Shown here one piece after another: positions 26,736-40,800 of a stretch of 64,000 nucleotides of DNA. The notes under the pieces were generated by a model. It was not told where the DNA came from and made no database searches. It was given only the letters and a program-made list of their open reading frames with translations. The DNA comes from Camelus dromedarius (Eukaryota): assembly GCF_036321535.1 (NCBI RefSeq), contig NC_087437.1, positions 101,682,001 through 101,746,000 on the forward strand, read 5' to 3'. The position numbers and the translations under genes were made by a program. Position 1 is the first letter of the stretch. Every line of letters starts with the position of its first letter.

Positions 26736-28139
26736 TACTAAATTTTGTACTTTTAGTCTTTTGTTATTTAAAATCAAGTCGATTAAGTAGCATCTGTTGT
26801 GCAACATTTATTAAATATCTACTACATTTGCCAGAGAAGCAGCTTGTTACTATAGCTATAAAGTCAATGGGTCATGGTGTTCAAACTCCAAATGCTACTG
26901 GTTCATTTTATCTACGATATAAGACCGTATGGTCTATTTATTGAATATCCAAAATAAAAGAGTATTTGTTGCACACTTATAACTTGCAATTTTAAAGAAT
27001 TAAAATATAAATATATTGCCTTTTCAAATATATTATTTAACCTATGAGTAATTAGAAAATATTTGGTTATGATTATGGGCATCTATTTTTTATTTTGTTA
27101 TGAAACTAAGAATGAGACACTGGCAAATGTGTTTTGACCTAAAAATATCTCTTGCAAGTTGCTATTTGAATAGGTCACTGTTACTAACTGTTTGAAGTTT
27201 CATTGGCTCTTTCTATGAAAAGCTTTCCTGATTAATGGGAAAGGATCCAATGCTACGAAATGAGATAACTCAATCAATTATAAAATTTGAATTAAAAGGT
27301 GAGTTTCATTTTATTGTAATTTTCTTTCAAGTTAATTCTGATGTATAATTTCCTTTTCTTCCATAATTTGTTCAAGTAGCTTTGTTGAACACTCATTTAA
27401 TTATAGTAATCAATCACCAAACTTTAATAGAAAAATTTTTACAGTTTTGTGCTGGAATGACAGTTTTTATATCAAATTAATGATTTATATATGCATTGTG
27501 TATGCATATTTTAATAATAACATAAATTAGACATTTTTAATTCATATGTACTTTATTTTTAAGATTCAGAATTCCTATGAATTAGGATTAACATTTAAAT
27601 CTAGAGTCTTCCATATGGAATGCTCAATAATTTAGAAATAATGCACTTATTTTTAGTTTTTCTGGGAAAATCCTAGCCATAAGATAGGTAAACTCAGTGA
27701 TAAGGATAATTCTTCCTTTTATGCATTTTCACTAAAAATAGGCAGTTTTTTTCCTATTTATTCTTATAGATATTGTGGTAAGTTGTGTTTTTAATTTATT
27801 TTTTTCTTAGTCTCAAAAGTGATATATGGTTTATCAGGTAAAGTTAAATGAATTAAACTAAACAAAATTAAAAGAAAAAAATGACAAACTGAAGGCCAAC
27901 AAGTTTAATATAGATAAAATAAGAAGTTTTGGTAATAGGGTAAAAGAGGAATAAGTCTGAATGGCTACTACAAAAGCCCGCTAACACACGACATCAAAAT
28001 GGGATCCAGTGCTGAGTTGAAAACATTCCAAGTATTCACTACTATCCCCAAATCTGCTGCTACCATCTAAAAGCATTTTCTTATGTCTTTTTCTGCTCTT
28101 GATAATTGGGTGGAAGAAAAATCTTCTGGAAAAAGGCAG

Positions 28140-28900
28140 AGCAAGCAAATATTTGGCATGGGCTTTCTAGGAACAAAAGCAAAAACACCAGGACTTTATA
28201 TAGATTGATAAAAAGCTAAAGCCAGAAAAAAAGAAATACAAATCATTCTCCATTATCTAGGGGAAAAAATGCTTTGTGCAGGATGTTTAACAACTAACCA
28301 GAGAAAGAAAAGAAACAAAATAGTACAAGAAATATTAACATATATTTAGTGGAGTTGCTTACCACCCTCAGGCCACATAAAAGTGAATAAAAACCTCAAA
28401 CTGTAACTGAGAGAATCAAATTGCATTGAAAATGATGAAATGGGAGTAAAGGAAACTTAATTCAATAATAATTGGCAATTTGATGAAATTTGATGATGTT
28501 AAGCTTAATGAAGGTTTTTAAAATACATAACAAACATAAAACTTTAAAACTGCCTACCATATAAAAAGAATGCAAATAATCCAGTCTAGACTGGTAAAAG
28601 AAGAAAAAAACTTTAGGCCTGGAAACACTTTAAGCAAAAATTCAATTGAGTAAGTTAAAGATCAGATAATAAACAACTGATTGACATGAAAGAGATGGTG
28701 GTGGTTTTGAAAAACAAATAGAGAATCAAAGCACTATCATTACAGGATATTAAGTCAATGAGAAAGAACTGGAAGCTTCACATAAATGAAACACTCATGA
28801 TAATCTCAATAAATTTTTTAAAAAGCGGGAAGAATTCAACAAATAGAAAAGTATCTTAAGGTTTAACATATTAACTTTATGGGAATGACAAGAGAACTGC
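28140..28900 (+). mobile_element. Ancient L1 ORF2-like fragments
   Basis: A-rich tract with decayed L1-like motifs (aattggcaatttgatgaaat, aaagatcagataat, catgataatctcaataaat...aattcaacaa...aaatagaaaagtatc). Confidence 0.4.
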
Positions 28901-29139
28901 AGGTGCAGTTCAAAATAAGATTCAACATTTGTAGGTAGGTAGGTAGATAGATAAACAGATAGATAGGGAACTTCCAACAGTAAGACTTGTCCTGTAGAGT
29001 TCTCATTAGTAAGAAGTTTTTAATAATGCAGATAAAAGATTTTATTTGGGTTGATGACTGGTTGAGGCAGAAATAAGCATGGCTTCCAATTTTTTCTTAG
29101 GAGCTTTCAAAGTTTCAAGACGACAGAACAATGTCCACA

Positions 29140-29431
29140 AAATTATAAGGGTTGAGGGGAGCCTTTCAACATGGCAGCTTGCTTCATTAGAAAGGCCAAG
29201 CATAGAGAGTCTAAAAGAGACTCCCAGCAAGAGAGAAAGCATACAAGCATGACAGAAGTCACAGTTCTCTTAAACTCATCTCATAAGTTACATCCTATCA
29301 CTTTTGATGCACTCTCTTTATTCAGAAGAAGTCCCTAGGTCCATGTCACCCACAAAGTAAGGATGTTACTCAAGGAAGAGAAGATCATAGTTGTGAATCT
29401 CTGGGAGATGTTTTATAAGCAGCCTCCCACA
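29140..29431 (-). mobile_element. MaLR LTR, MLT1F-like (5' half)
   Basis: caacatggcagcttgcttcat...gacagaagtcacagt...catcctatcactttg...ttattcagaagaagtccctaggtcca...gcagcctcccaca. Confidence 0.8.
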
Positions 29432-32400
29432 ATCAGTTTGTTTCGGCTTAACCATGTCACTGAGAACTACTGAAAATGCTAGCCCAGTGTCAAGAACAAA
29501 ATCTTTTGAAGGCATGGTAGAACTTCAAGGTATCAAAGAATTATAGGACCAAAATTCCAGAGAAGAGATGTTCCAAAGAGTTGAATTCACCATTGGGCAC
29601 CATTTTTACCTTCAAGTCATTACCTAAAAGGAGTAGCTGAGAAAGTAAAAAGCTGAGCAGATATGTTAGCCAAGTCAATGCTTGGGGGTAAAAATACTAC
29701 ATTTCAGATACTACCTAGAAGAAAGGCTCTGTTACATTTCCCAGGCTTTAGTTTGAAGCCCACAGAACTAAATCCCAGGAGTAAGAGAAAACAACAAATA
29801 GAATCACTCTATGTTGTAAACTTACAGGACTCTTAATGGAAATTCTGAAAGAAAAGTAAAAGCAAACTTTCAAGATGAAAATACACTTGGAAAAATAACT
29901 GAAAACTTTATGATTAAAGCACAGGTTACTTTTCCTCAGTCAAAATATTTAACTGCCATGCAGAAGAGCTAAACTGAATTATAAGAATTATATGCTAAGA
30001 TATAGGCCAAATTAATCACCTAAGAAATATGAATACAAAAATACAATTGGAATGAAATGTTTCATATAAACAGAAATTTCTGAATTATAATGCAAACTGT
30101 AACACAATTCTAATACACTAAGAAATGTACATCATCATTGCAATCCACTATGACAGTTCACATAAGTATTTCAGAGTAAACTTCTATTTAAATAATTTTC
30201 TTCCATAAAGTCCTAATCATTGTTTGAATTCTGTTTCGTATGTTTATGTAGTTGTGCTTAAATATTCAGAATGTAAATGTGTCAATGTGTAGACCTATTT
30301 ATAGTGAATGCATAAACAAAGTGGAATACACAATAAAATATGTAATTACGCTACAACATCTTTGTAAAATACATTTGACATATCCAAAGGAGGATACAGA
30401 GTATATTTTTCAGTGTGCTACTAAACACTTCATAAAATTCAAAACTACCTGAAAATTACAAAATTAAACCTATAATTACCATTCATACCATTCAGGGCCA
30501 CTCAACATTCATCTTATCACCTACACTGATGAGACAGAAGATAAATAAGTTCTGTTCAAATGAAAACCAGTTTCTTGGTTTTTGTCATCAAAGCTAATTC
30601 TGAATGATGATATATATATATCATACACAGGAGGAACAAATGAGTGGCAAACATCCATCCATTTTGATGAGAAATCCATTCTTCCCACTACCTTCTCCAG
30701 TGATTTCTTGGACTCCTGAAATAATGCTTATATATTTCACATATTATCCTTACTGATTCATATCAACTAAACATCAGTGTACTCCACACTAGGACTATTC
30801 CCATGTTCCTCTGATGACTCCTTGCTATGTTTTAAATTCTCAAGTCTGCACCATCTCCATGATGATTTTCTCTGAGACTCCATGTAAAACACCTCTCCCA
30901 TCCCTCAATTTCTGAAAACTCAGCCAGCACTGGATTGTAATTTAAAAACAGATGAGCAAATAAACAGTGAAATAAAATTAGGAATAAGTGATAAGTTGTT
31001 ATCTTAAGGGAATAAGCATTTATTGTTAGAGCTATCAGCCCATAACTGATACCTGAACCACTTGCTAAACTCAATATTGTGAAGGACCCATTGATCCCCA
31101 CAAAGTAACATGGCCCAAGGCCACCTGCCCCTTATCTTCAGGGACAGGAAAAAATCATTTCCTTCCCCAGCCCAAGGCCTGCTGCCTTTCTCTTTCTGAA
31201 GTCTGAATCACTAATGGAGGAATGTCCATTTTCCCAGGTAAAATCAAAATCTACTATCTGTCACCCTTGCAACTTAAAAAGGATCTGGAGTCTTAGACAT
31301 AACAATCCCCTAGACTGCAGGGCATCTTCCACAGCTGACTAATTCATATGTACACGCCATTTGCTGGAAACCAACAATCTAATCTCACACTCTCCTACGC
31401 TCTCTTGCAGTGTTTTCTCTCATGCTATGGGGACTAAAACTCAGCTTTGCATTCCCTTCTGATATTGTGTGGACGCCCAATTTCCTGTGAGCGAGGTTTT
31501 CTAACATAAATAGTTCCTAAGAAATATGCTGCCTAAAAAAGTACCAGTCTATATATTCAATTGGAAGGAACTGCCAAAAAATAAACCTTTTTCTCTAACT
31601 TTCAAAGGAAGTAGTTTTGACAATATATCTAACTTAAAATTTTTAAAAAAAGTTTTGATTAATTCTCTTAGTTTTTGATTTATATTAAATCTTCTTTGTC
31701 CTTAATGTCTGATAGAGATTGTGTCAGTCAGAAGAATGCTTCAGCAAACCTCTGGGACCTAACTGTCCAGGTATATATTGTTAATTTTTTCCAGGAAAAA
31801 ACATAAATCAATATTGAATAACTTTGATTTAACGAACATTAAAGAAGGCAGCATATATACACTACAAATCATATAGAGTCATGAAACACTGAAGAGATAA
31901 GAATGTTTGGGTTTGGTGCTAAATGGAAAAGAAAAATGACTACACTATTTATGGGCCCAAGGTCCTGTACAAATCTATAACCACATTCACTGGGCTTTTG
32001 ACTGAAAGAACTGTAATAGACCAAGAACTGATCCAAGGTATGATGAGTCTTTTCACTATCAGTGTCTGTGGCTTAAGAGAATATTGTGCGTATTTGGAAC
32101 CATCAGAATTTTTATGGGTTTAACACCAATAATTCTACCAATATTACAGAACTTCTGCAAATAAGAACTTAGGAATTCCTTGAAATCTTTGTTTTCAGTA
32201 TGATGCAGGAATAAAAGTGCCAGTAAGTCAATATCCTAAATTGGCTGTGATCTCATTTCAAATAGGGACTCCTCAGGGATTTTAGGAAAGAGTTCATCAG
32301 GGGAGATTTAATATGGGAATTTTTCTCTGCACAGTTGCACAGAGTCCTTCTTACTAAATTAGACCTGGTGTTGTCACAGAGGAAAAAGAATGTTCCTTGG

Positions 32401-33063
32401 GTGAATATCTGAATGATAAGCAAAGAGACAAAGAATTCTGTACATTACTGAAGATTCTCATGACTGGATTAATTTGTTGATGGCAAGGAAGAAGTCATAA
32501 CCATGAGAAAGGTTAATGTTGAATGTGCCTGCATCAGTCAAAATGTTCAGGTTGTCCTTCATATTTAGGGGAAAAAATTCTCCTTGTGAACATAAGGGTA
32601 AAATGGGAAATTGGGTCTGTTCTTTCCACTTGGAGGACCTTCAGTTTTCTTTTTTCTTCAGTTTCTTGGCTAATGCGGGATAACTGATCTTTCAATATAT
32701 CCTTTTAGTTTACAGTATCTCCAAGTGTCTTTACCAAGAGATTCCCTACTCTGGTTTTCAAGGCCTGGAGTAGGAACATCTAGTTATTTTATCTATAAGG
32801 TCATCAGTTTATTTTGTGTCTTACGTTACTTTCGTTCTAAGGTCTTTACAAATGTTCAGCCAGAGGTTGAAAATCTGACGATGGCACATTGTCTTCCATT
32901 CCAGGGTTTGCTTGCCTATTAAATCCTCTACTGCTATGTAAAGACTATTCATAAAAAGTTAGGGTAGGACCGGGTGACATCTGCTTCAAAATGGACTTCT
33001 GAATGCTGTCTGCTTAACCTATCCCCCAAGTTTCCAGTGTGCACATCTGTCCTTTGCTTAGAA

Positions 33064-33270
33064 CAGGGGGCTTCCAGCTACATCTGCTACCATTTTTTGT
33101 TGTTGTTAACAAATTTTTATCAGGATTCATTCATACACATTCATTTGTTTTGTCTGTGTCTGCTTTCACTCTACGATAGCAGAGCTTAGGAGTTGTAACA
33201 GAGACCATAAGGTCAATAAAGGCTAAATTATTTACTATATGGCCCTTTACAGAAAGTTTGCTGATTGCTG
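33064..33270 (+). mobile_element. MER58A-like hAT-Charlie DNA transposon (non-autonomous)
   Basis: cagggg...cattcatttgttttgtctgtgtctgctttcactctacgatagcagagcttaggagttgtaacagagaccata...tatttactatatggccctttacagaaagtttgctgattgctg. Confidence 0.88.
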
Positions 33271-36121
33271 ATATATAGCACTGAATTATAGACTAATCTA
33301 GTTTCACAGAAAAGACTTCAGGAATTATCATAAAAAAAAAAACCCCCAAAAAACCCCAGAACCTTGTCTAACATCTACAACTTATTTAAACTCCTTTGGT
33401 TTTCTATATAATGTGATATGAGGTCTCTTAACACATGATCACGTTCTTCCTGTTCTTGTCTTTCCCATCTAACTCTTTGCATCTGAGGTCCCCACTTATA
33501 TACAAACTAAGAAATACAAAACTGGGAGACTTGGAATTATATCCTAGAACTATTCTAAATTTCTGTCTTGTTTAGGCGTTGGAAAGTCTTTCACAAGGGC
33601 TATTGGTTGAGACTAGGACTTGTAATAATTTCTGAGGGACTTTTCCTATGCTAGTGGGGTTTTGCTTCAATAGAAAATTGAAAGTTAGGGTTTCCTGGGC
33701 ACCCAGGGGAGAATGGAAGCAGGTCAGAACAAAAAGTAGAGGGGTAGAGGGAAATAAAGGAATCTTAGATGGGAGAAGAGGGATAATAAGATAAAGGCTG
33801 TAAGTTTTTCATATTTAAGAAAATTTTTTTGTCCAATAAATCTATTAAGAAATATGCATTTTGGGGAACCTTCTTCATACCAAGGCAAATACAGGGACAA
33901 CTGGATGTTTGGCTCCTTTTGTTCTAAAAACTCTTCAGATGGGAAAAAGTGTTCATAAAAAAAATTCCTTGAAGTAGTCACTAGGAACTTATATTAATCT
34001 TGGTGAAATTATGATGTATAAAAAGATGTTTACAAAAAATGTGGGTTACAATGTAAAAATATGTAATGAGCACAAGTGTAGCCCACAGGAAATGGGCACA
34101 TAATCAAACCTCTGAGAATTTGGCAATACTTGGCTCAAAGTTTTGTTTGTGACCTCATGTCATAGGCTCCCTAATTAGGGGATGGTTGTCTTAAATCCCA
34201 AACACAACAATATCTATGTCCCAGAAAATGGAAAGTATAGAGAAGAGACCTCTCCTACAGCCAGACTCCCAGCAACAAAACAAGACAAGAATTGAGGAAT
34301 GTCCTCATAAGCTTTTGATATGGGCTTCAGAGCAAAATACCTAACTGATGCTGATCTGAGGAGACCTCCTGGAAACACTGGCCCTTGGAGCTGTGTTGAA
34401 GAAGAATTTCTTGTGGTCTCCACTCATCCCACTTCCTATGAACTTGTTCTTTAGATTCACAACACAGATGGTGAGGACAGAAGCACAAAATGTAGGCTTG
34501 TTGGTAATGAGGCAGCTTCCACCAAGAATTAAAAATTTCTAATTTGTTTAGATAATCAAAGAACTTCTAAAAAAGTAATCTTCATTTCTGAAAGTACAGA
34601 TGAACCTCACATTGGAGGTTGACAAAAATAAACGAGAGACCAGAGCCAATGCAAGACATACTTCCCTGCAGTGATTAGTTAAATCCCTGAATGGTAGATT
34701 AAAAAATCTCAGAGGAATGTGTGTTTCTAAGGTGAACATCTCAGCCCATGATGGCAAAGAGGTTTTCACTATGTATCACTGAACATACAGATTGTTGACT
34801 ACTGAATCCCTGAGAAGAACCCCCTTCCCTGAAAATACAGAACAAAAACAAAAACAAAAATAAAAATAAAAACCCTATTAGTCAAGGAAAGCCAAATTTA
34901 TGGCTAACTACAGTAAATGTAAATGAGATCAAGTACCAAGACAGATTCTTAGTAAGATGTTTGAAGGGGCAGGTCAAGATTGAGATATTCATACAGTTTT
35001 TAGGATCTTCTTTAAAGTGGAGGTCCTCCAAAATAGAATCCTGTTTGGCTGGGCAAATAAAAGATATAATATCTTGAAACTGGCAGATACAGCAAGATGA
35101 GCATTTTGAAGACTTGAAGAATGAACAGTCATTTGATAAGGGTAGATGGACACTCCACTGTTTAGAGAAAGGGGCCATAAACTACATGAGAGCTAGATGA
35201 TAATCTACTGTTCAGGTAGAGTTTCAGGAAGTTTTTGAAACAAACAGTAGTTATTTGCAATTTCATCTTCTTGAGCAGGAAATTCTTGTCAAGGTTTACA
35301 GTTAAGAAGCACTCCTACTGTAAGAATGGTCTTAGTTTGTAATACAGTTATGTTGTGTTACTATATATGACTAGGTTCTCATGTATCTCTTGGATATACA
35401 TGATTCATGCAACCAAATGCTTAGAAAATAAAGGATACATACCCAAACAAGGGCAGGTGTGGTGACTGGCAACGAAGATGACAGTAAGAAGGAAACTGTC
35501 TTCATCTTTAATTTTTGGAACTTAAATTTCAGTAGTATTTATATTTTGACTGTGTAAATGTATAAATATATTTAACTTTAATTTTTCTCAGATACTATCT
35601 CTCTGCACTGTCCTACAGGAAGTTATAATTCAACCATGTACTGCATAAAAATTTTTAATTAAAGAATTTACTGCTTCACAGAACTGATTTTCCCCAACCA
35701 ATTATTCAGCATTAATATTAAAAATAAATTGTCTGAAGTCTGTGTAATAAAGACAAAATTTTAAAAAATAAAGCCTGTTCAAAGTCTAAAAGCAGCATAA
35801 ATACTGATGAAAGGTAATTAGAATAGATTTACTATAAATGTATCCAAAGGCAAACTTTTAAAACTAAGGTTTCAGTGTCATATGGGAAATGAATTTGATT
35901 TTCTTTAACAAATTAGTCAAAGCATCTGCACCTTAATTTCCTAGTTTCTTTCAGTGACCTATAAAAATTTCAGAGAAATTTCCATTTGTTTCCTGCTGTG
36001 TCGGCTATATTGTATTTCTTTAACTATACATGCTTGTGTGTGTGTGATAAATATGTGTACTTTAATTTTGCTGTATATTTTAATATATGAATGTTTCTGG
36101 AGTTAATAAAGGTTCATTATG

Positions 36122-36502
36122 TGTATCAGTTTGCTAGGACTGCCAGAACAAAGTACCACAGAGTGGACAGCTGGAATAACAGAAATTTATTTTCTCATTG
36201 TTCTTGAGGTGCCAATAAGGTTGGTTTTTCCTGAGGCCTCTTGAGTTGGTGTAGAGTTGCCCACCTTCTCTCGGTGCCCTAACATGGTCTTTCCTCTGTG
36301 CACATGTATCCCTTTTGTCTCTCCTTGCATGTCCTAATGTCCTCTTCTTAATCCAGTCAGATTGGATTAGGGTCCACTCTAACGACTTTATTTTAACTAA
36401 CTCTTTAAGGGCCTTATGTCCAAATACAGCTACACTATGAGGTACTTGGTGGTTAGGCCTTCAATGTATAAGTTTTGGGGGAACAAAATTCAGCCTACAA
36501 TA
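36122..36502 (-). mobile_element. MaLR solo LTR, MLT1B-like
   Basis: tgtatcagtttgctaggactgccagaacaaagtaccacag...ccagtcagattggattagggtccac...ccaaatacagctacactatgaggtact...gggggaacaaaattcagcc. Confidence 0.9.
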
Positions 36503-38329
36503 ATATACAACTTTTAAAAATACATTGATTATGCTATAAATAAAATGTTATTCACTGTAGCATAATGCAAAATACAGAAGACAGATGAAGAAATACAATA
36601 ATCTATACTCCCAACACTTTAATAAAGCTGTTCTATTCTCAACACTCTAAAATAGTTATAGATAAATATGACATATTTAATAACCAATAATACTACATTT
36701 GGCTGTTGTGTAAATAGTGGCCTAAATTTAACTTCTAGGTAATTTACAAAGTTTTACTATTACGTGTGTTACTTATACCGTGTGTGTCCATAATTCTTGG
36801 CCCATGTTTACTGTTCTTCTATTACCTTGAAATGGACTTACACTTGGCTAGTCAGCATTTGTCCTAACTCATACTCACACCAGCACTGCAGGCACGCCTA
36901 CCCTACCAGCCTGGCGTATTGGTGTGCTTGCAGGGAACAAAGACATCTGAATGCCACAGTTCATAACAAAAATGAAAGAGGGACAGTTTTGTCGGGACCC
37001 CAAGGAAATTAATGAAAACTAAATCATAACGGTTGCAAAACAAACTACCTTGGAGAAATGGATCCTCATCTAGCATAGAAAAAACACTGCCTGACTCTTC
37101 AGGGTATACTGCATCCAACAGTGCCTTTCAGATGGACTTGCTTTGCTGTTTTCTCAGAAATACCTCCAAAGGATACTGCTCCGTCAGCATGCATCACCTA
37201 ATCACTCTCTTTCTCCTTTCTAATAATATCTCTTTTTCTACTCCTTTATGTCTTCCTCTGCAGTATTTCCTACAGGTTTGCTATGTGCCATGTATGTTTT
37301 CTAATTGTTTCTATATTCTTTTTAATACAGATCTCAGGTTTGCCATTTATGCATATTAAGTGGGTCTCAAATTCAGTCTTAGAATGAGGATCTAGTGTCC
37401 TGCCAGTAAACAATTAGTGACAATTTCCCTTACGGGGATAAATTTCAAGCCAGTTTACCTCATGATCACCACACAGCTAAAAAGTAGCTACCTGTGGTAC
37501 AGGTACCCCTTTTTCTTCTTCTAATAAACTGTCTCTAAGTTTACAGGTAAAGTGGCATAAAGCACATTGCTCATTACTGACATATTAGAGGATTATTCCA
37601 AAATTTTAGAAAGGCATAAAAAACACTATGATAAACTCTTAGATCCACTACCCAGATTTCACACATTCAACAATTTTTTTTGCTTTATTTACTTCATATA
37701 TATATATATGAAGTATATACATATATATATATAATTTACTTTAATAAGAAAAAAGATAGGTTTAAATCCTTAAAATTTTATCTCCTTCCCTTCCTTTCCT
37801 GAGTACTTTAAATAATGTAAAGGTGGTAAATAATCATCTCATGAAAATAAACAAGAATGCCTAATAGAGAAGCCCACCAACCAAAACCACTGAAACTATC
37901 ATGTATTTGAACTAAATTAAATTTATTTAGCTTCCTCCATTAGGGGCTAGCACACAGAGGAACCCTGTGGCATTTCTGAAAAGGTTAATAAACAGAGGAC
38001 CTTTGTACTGTTTGCATATGAGTTGAATGATTCTAGGGACAAATCTAGGACCTAAGGGCTATTTTAGATGATTAAGAAGGGGGGACAGTTCCACAGTTGA
38101 TTGTCCTAGTTATTTTTGTTAAGGCAGTGGGCAGAATGAAGCAAGACTTTTTATGTCCTTGATAGGAAATCAGCAATAACTATAGAAAAAAGATTGTTAT
38201 CTATTTTGCAGCTGTGGTGTGGTCTTGAGTATATTCTGTCAGAAACATGGTTGATATTCTGTTAGAAACATCACAGTTTTATTATGAACAAAGTTGATTC
38301 TCATCTTACTACAGTATAAACTTTATGAA

Positions 38330-38900
38330 AGTTAAATAAAGCAATGTTATGTATTAAAGATTTTAAAAATCTTTATATATTCATGTTTTAATTTGCATTT
38401 TACTTATTACCAAGAATTCTTTTCTTATGGTCAGTTCTTTGCATTTTACTGTGTGCATTATCCATTAATGACTTTGGCCAATTTGAAAATAAATACTTAT
38501 GCACTAACATGATACTCAGTGGATGAATAAGATGTCTCATTTATGTATGTAATTACTGGTTTTTCCTTAATGATATTCATAAGTCTTTAGAATTAATTTT
38601 ATTAATTTTTGGTGATTATGTTTTAGCACATTATATATTATTTATTTTTCTTTTAACACTGCTTATGATATTTTAATGTATGTTTTTATGTAGTTGCATA
38701 TGTTATTTTTTAATGTAAGTTTCTCCATTTTTTATAAATTAAAAAATAATTCCTATTTTATGCTTACTTTAATTTTTTACATTTGCCCTTTGATCCATTT
38801 GGAAAAAGTATGTTGTATAATATATATCTTGATTTTCTTTCACAAGAAATTATCAATTTCCCTAGGAGTATTTATGATTCTTTGATTCTTTCAGCAGTAT
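38330..38900 (-). mobile_element. Ancient L1ME-like fragment
   Basis: ttttaatttgcattttacttattac...tttggcca...tttacatttgccctttgatccatttgga are decayed antisense L1 motifs. Confidence 0.5.
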
Positions 38901-39221
38901 TATACTGATTTCAATATTGGGATTTATATTATTAGGAAGATTTATAATAAATTTTGTGAAAAACAGGAGGAAAAGCTGAGTAGGGAGCTGGAAAATTATA
39001 TTCTAATTTATCTGGGATGCTTTGCTCACATCTCTTTCTTTTGCCTTCCTGTTGCATTCAGGTGAAACTTTGAAGCTGTCAATATCCAACTGTTTTTGAT
39101 TTATCAAAAGATAAATATAATGTAGTCTAAACTGTGGTTCAAATTAATATTACAAAGTCTTCAATGATTTCAGGTTGTTTTTCTCTCCCCAGTTAGATGT
39201 AAAGTTTTTGAAAACAGTATT

Positions 39222-39557
39222 TGCTATGGAATTAATGTTTGTGACCTCCCCAAATTCACATGTTGAAGTCTAAATCCCCAGTGGGACTTGGAGATGAGGT
39301 CTTTGGGAGGGTGGAGCCCTTATGAAAGGGATTAGTGCCCTTATAATAAGATACACAAGAGCAGTGATCACTCTCAATTCTCTATCATGTGAGGATGCAT
39401 CAAGGAGACAGCGGACTGCAAACAAGGCAGACATCAGATCTGCTTGTACCTTGATCTTGGACTTCCCAGCCTCCAGAACTGTGAGAAATAAATGTTTGTT
39501 GTGGAAGTTCCCCAATCTATGTTATTTTTTTCATAGCAGCTTGGACTTACTAAGACA
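39222..39557 (+). mobile_element. MaLR solo LTR, MLT1A0-like, with 5-bp target-site duplication
   Basis: tgctatggaattaatgtttgtg...ttgatcttggacttcccagcctccagaactgtgagaaataaatgtttgttg...actaagaca. Flanks gtatt (39217-39221) and gtatc (39558-39562). Confidence 0.93.
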
Positions 39558-40290
39558 GTATCTGCATAAAGGTATCCCTACAAATAATGATACTTGAAGT
39601 CGGACTGACAGGACTAGAATTTTAGTTCCAGCAGAAACTGTTAAGAGTTTCTCCCTTCATTTTTATTTTTCAAAATCTTTCAGGGAAGGCTATAAGATGG
39701 ATGAAACTTTTAGTCTCTTTTGATTTCAAAATAAAATATAGCACAATTATATTTGTAACTGTACAATTAAACATGATTTATAGTCCAATGAGCCATGATT
39801 ATTTTGATAAAATTCTTTGTTCCTTTTGAAAATGTGATTTTTCATAACCAATTTATCACTAGAAGGAAGAGAAGAATAACCTAATATGTTTTCCTTATTT
39901 CAAATAAATAATGAATTTGAGGAACTATATTTGATTTTGAATTCTGGCATAAATATTATCTCTTAAGAGTCAGAATATAAAAGTAAACATTTCCCATAAG
40001 GATGTCTTAATGTACTTCCAATGGTGAATGCCTTGGGGAAAAAAGCCCAATAGCTTATTTTCCCTTTCTGAAACACTTCAGTCAGTGAAGAATCCTACTG
40101 CTCTCTTACAGTTAGGTAAAAGTAATGTCATCTCTTATTTATGAACAATATATAGACATTGTAAAACACATATACTACAATTGTAGAAAATATCCACATT
40201 TAAGCATGTAGTTGTTATACTTTTAATAATTCCAGGAACCAGCAGAAATTCTTGGAAGGAAAAATCTAAATTTGCATTAATAGTATTACA

Positions 40291-40425
40291 TGATAGGCTA
40301 AATAATGGCCTCTTAGAGATGTGTATGTCCGAATCCTGAGAACCTGTGAATATATTACCTTATGAAACAAAAGGAGCTTTGCTGATGTGATTACTTTAAG
40401 GGTCTTGAGATGGGGACAGTATTTC
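40291..40425 (+). mobile_element. MaLR LTR 5' fragment, MLT1D-like
   Basis: tgataggctaaataatggcc...gaacctgtgaatatattacctta...ctttgctgatgtgatta...gggtcttgagatgggga. Confidence 0.8.
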
Positions 40426-40679
40426 CTCACATAAAATTTATTTTATAAATTTTCTACCACAGTCCTGAATGTACAGTCCTGCTTTCCTTTTCTCTGCCTC
40501 AAATGAAAGTCACATGTACCAGCATACAGGGAGTAAAACAGTACATTTTACTGAAATTTTGAAACTGAGGAGTATAATGACTTAGGCTATAATCATTATT
40601 TAAAAGGATTGTGTTTTCCGTGAAATGGAAAAAAATTTATAACTGGATCCCGGCTTAAAGCTGGAGTTAAAAGGCTAAT

Positions 40680-40800
40680 GGGGGAGGGAATAGCTCAGTG
40701 GTAGAGCACATGCTAAGCATGCACAAGGTCCTGTGTTCAATCCTCACTACCTCCATTAAAAAATAAATTCATAAAAATCTGATTATCCCTGTAAATATTT
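40680..40800 (+). mobile_element. tRNA-derived SINE of the camelid Vic-1 type
   Basis: ggggagggaatagctcagtggtagagcacatgctaagcatgcacaaggtcctgtgttcaatcctcactacctccattaaaaaataaa...aatctgattatccc. Pol III A box (tagctcagtgg) and B box (gttcaatcc), tRNA-Ala-like body, A-rich tail. Degenerate flanking duplication ttaaaaggctaatg / ttaaaaggtcataatg. Confidence 0.9.

Noticed and set aside
40681..40755. Functional tRNA-Ala gene
   Set aside because: Mismatched stems and CpG decay, the SINE-type leader and A-rich tail, and a flanking duplication all indicate a SINE.
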